NCBI GenBank assembly: GCA_964246305.1
Contig: CAXTPS010000006.1
Location: 97,338-161,337, forward strand
Source: an uncultured Pyrinomonadaceae bacterium
Lineage (GTDB): Bacteria; Acidobacteriota; Blastocatellia; Pyrinomonadales; Pyrinomonadaceae
Length of the DNA stretch: 64,000 nucleotides
Direction: 5' to 3'
Position 1 is the stretch's first letter. Each line of letters begins with the position of its first letter. Positions 61,985 to 64,000 of the stretch are shown piece by piece. The notes beneath the pieces are model-generated. The model saw nothing but the letters and a program-made list of their open reading frames with translations. It was not told the DNA's origin and did not search any database. The translations under genes and the position numbers were made by a program.

Positions 61985-63978
61985 TGGCTACGCTTGAGGG
62001 CAACTGCCCGGCGTGCGGCGCGCCGGTCGCTTTCAAATCGGGCGCATCCATCGTCATCGTCTGCGAATACTGCCGCTCAATCGTCGCGCGCACAGACCGC
62101 GCCTTTGAAGATTTGGGCAAGGTCGCGGAAATAGCCGAGACGAACTCGCCGCTCGAAGTCGGTCTGCGCGGAAGTTATCAGGGCGTGCCGTTCGAGCTGA
62201 CTGGGCGGGCGCAGCTCGGGCACGAGATGGGCGGCGTGTGGGACGAGTGGTACGCGACGTTTCAGAACGGATGGCTCGGCTGGCTCGCGGAAGCGCAGGG
62301 GAGATTTTACATGACCTTTCGCCAGCCGCTCGATAACGCCGCAGAGGTTCCGATGTTCGGCAGGCTCACTCCGGGATTACAGGTGAGAGGCGTGCCGGGC
62401 GCGGTTCCGCTCGTCGTCGCGGAGACGGGACGCGCCCGCGCGCTCGGAGCCAAAGGCGAGATTCCATACAGGCTCACGCCCGGCGACACAAATTTTTACG
62501 CAGACCTGTCGGGCGCGGGCGGCGTCTTTGCGACGCTCGATTACAGCGAGAACCCGCCGCTCTTTTATCTGGGGCAGGAGGTCACGCTCGCGCAGCTTGG
62601 CATCACTGCGACTGGAAAAGAGCGCGAGCGCGAAGCGCGTCGTGTCACGGCTTCACATCTCAATTGTCCGCGTTGCGGCGGCGGTTTGGAGCTTCGCGCG
62701 CCGGACAAAACGGAGCGCGTCACCTGTCCGAATTGCAGCTCGCTGCTGGATGTCAATCAGGGTCAGCTCAAATTTCTCAAGACGCTTCAGCGCGGGCAGT
62801 TCGAGCCTCTGATTCCAATCGGCTCGACCGGCGTTTTTGAAGGCGGGCAACAACTCACCATTATCGGCTTTGTCGCGCGCAGCGTGTTGGTCGAAGGCAC
62901 GAACTACTTCTGGACTGAATACCTGCTCTATCATCCGCAGGTCGGATTTCGCTGGCTGGTGGACAGCGACGACCACTGGAATTTCGTCGAAGCAGTGCCG
63001 CCGGGCGAGGTCATCGAAGATGTCAAGTCCATCGAATTTCGCGGCAAGAAGTTCAAGATTTTTCAGGACGCACCCGCGCGCGTCGAATATGTCGCGGGCG
63101 AGTTTTACTGGAAGGTCGAGGTCGGTGAAGCAGTGCGCGCGGTGGATTACGTCGCGCCGCCGCTGATGCTCTCGAAAGAAGTTTCGACGCTGAACGTCAG
63201 AACCGGCGGCACGCAGCAACAGCCGCAGTTCATACAGACGGGCGAGATCAACTGGTCTCTCGGCACATACGTTCCAGTCAAAGAGGTCGAAAAAGCTTTC
63301 GGCGCGGGCAATCTTCCGCGCCCGTCGAACGTCGCGCCGAACCAGCCTTTCCTGCACAAAGCAGTTTACAAATACTGGTTCATACTCCTGCCCGTTCTCT
63401 TCGCGCTCGGCATTGTGATGACCATCCTCACGAGCAGCGGTCAACGCGTGATGTCCAACAGTTACGAGTTTCCGCCGCTCGTGAACGCTGACGGCACGCA
63501 GATCGTCTTTAGCGATCAGTTTGAATTGCAGGGACGTCGCAACATCAAGATCACGGCACAGTCCACGGCGATTGATAACACATGGTTTTACGTCGAAGGC
63601 GATATCATCAACGACGACACCGGATTGGTTCAAAGCTTCCCGCTCTCGATTGAGTATTATCACGGGGTCGAAGACGGAGAGAGTTGGAGCGAGGGCGGCA
63701 ACTCTGCCGACGACACGCTCTCGGCTCTGCCCGCAGGCAAATATACCTTGCGGCTCGAAGCACAGTGGGAAAAGTGGCAACAGCCTGTGCCCGTCACCAT
63801 CACGATTGAGCAGGGCACGACGCGCGGCGTCAATTTCATACTCGCGCTGCTAGCGCTTTCGCTTGTTCCAATCTTCGTGATGATCTGGCACATCATCTTT
63901 GAATCGCGCCGCTGGTCTGAAAGCATGTTCGGCAACAGCAGCTCAGGCTCAGATGATTCAGATTCGGATTCTGATTAA
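61984..63978 (+). CDS. membrane protein with two zinc-ribbon + DUF4178 modules, two TM helices and an acidic Ser/Asp tail
   Basis: The zinc ribbons are CPACGAPV...CEYCRS and CPRCGGGL...CPNCSS. The DUF4178-like segments are VWDEWYATFQNGWLGWL and YFWTEYLLYHPQVGFRWLVDSDDHW. The TM helices are YWFILLPVLFALGIVMTIL and FILALLALSLVPIFVMIWHIIF. The start is a TAATG overlap with the upstream gene. Confidence 0.8.
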   Translation: MATLEGNCPACGAPVAFKSGASIVIVCEYCRSIVARTDRAFEDLGKVAEIAETNSPLEVGLRGSYQGVPFELTGRAQLGHEMGGVWDEWYATFQNGWLGWLAEAQGRFYMTFRQPLDNAAEVPMFGRLTPGLQVRGVPGAVPLVVAETGRARALGAKGEIPYRLTPGDTNFYADLSGAGGVFATLDYSENPPLFYLGQEVTLAQLGITATGKEREREARRVTASHLNCPRCGGGLELRAPDKTERVTCPNCSSLLDVNQGQLKFLKTLQRGQFEPLIPIGSTGVFEGGQQLTIIGFVARSVLVEGTNYFWTEYLLYHPQVGFRWLVDSDDHWNFVEAVPPGEVIEDVKSIEFRGKKFKIFQDAPARVEYVAGEFYWKVEVGEAVRAVDYVAPPLMLSKEVSTLNVRTGGTQQQPQFIQTGEINWSLGTYVPVKEVEKAFGAGNLPRPSNVAPNQPFLHKAVYKYWFILLPVLFALGIVMTILTSSGQRVMSNSYEFPPLVNADGTQIVFSDQFELQGRRNIKITAQSTAIDNTWFYVEGDIINDDTGLVQSFPLSIEYYHGVEDGESWSEGGNSADDTLSALPAGKYTLRLEAQWEKWQQPVPVTITIEQGTTRGVNFILALLALSLVPIFVMIWHIIFESRRWSESMFGNSSSGSDDSDSDSD

Positions 63979-63980
63979 AG

Positions 63981-64000
63981 CATTGGTCTTTGGACTTTGG
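63981..64000. repeat. start of a sixth family-A-type element (cut by the window end)
   Basis: The sequence gcattggtctttggactttgg follows immediately after the stop codon. Confidence 0.5.

Noticed and set aside
1-64000. A search by eye for tRNA, rRNA, tmRNA, RNase P, SRP RNA, CRISPR arrays, transposases, integrases or phage genes.
   Set aside because: I found none. The many direct or inverted short repeats are imperfect word repeats forming hairpins, not evenly spaced identical CRISPR repeats with unique spacers. I saw no DDE, serine or tyrosine recombinase signatures in any frame of the ORF track.

Overview
This is a 64 kb chromosomal segment from a high-GC bacterium, roughly 57-62% GC by hand counts on typical lines. 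The gene content points to Acidobacteriota, but this is inference, not proof. The supporting genes are futalosine-pathway mqn genes, a 1275-aa CarboxypepD_reg-type TonB-dependent receptor, a PRC-type cytochrome c, many sigma-54/PAS/GGDEF regulators and CHAT/caspase proteins.

Housekeeping blocks:
- mqn genes (1-2.1 kb)
- a heterodimeric ABC exporter (6.6-10.7 kb)
- deoxyhypusine-synthase-like, CorC, ybeY, phoH (34.9-39.3 kb)
- rpsT (41.9 kb)
- holA-lptE, folP, ftsH-hpt-tilS (43.9-50.5 kb)
- ABC transporter plus LytS/LytTR (51.4-55.8 kb)

The centre of the window (19.7-34 kb) is dense in signalling and conflict-type genes. It holds a REC / ECF sigma / soluble anti-sigma / TPR-CHAT operon and a histidine kinase / hybrid kinase / NtrC-type regulator trio. 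It also holds a secreted WD40-caspase protein whose catalytic Cys is replaced by Gly. The best candidate for an undescribed system is a small AT-rich islet at about 24.6-26.25 kb. It encodes a Lys/Ser/Ala-rich basic protein translationally coupled to a TIR-like / nucleoside-2-deoxyribosyltransferase-like protein.

Independently of the genes, almost every intergenic spacer carries an 80-150 nt hairpin whose arms are degenerate tandem 6-8 nt words. One family has a conserved asymmetric core and occurs six times.

Other oddities:
- a small ORF with an in-frame TGA followed by a UxxC-like context and 76 further open codons
- a probable frameshifted secreted-protein gene
- a translationally coupled SAM-decarboxylase-like + double DUF4178 pair

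I recognised no rRNA, tRNA, CRISPR array, transposase or integrase.
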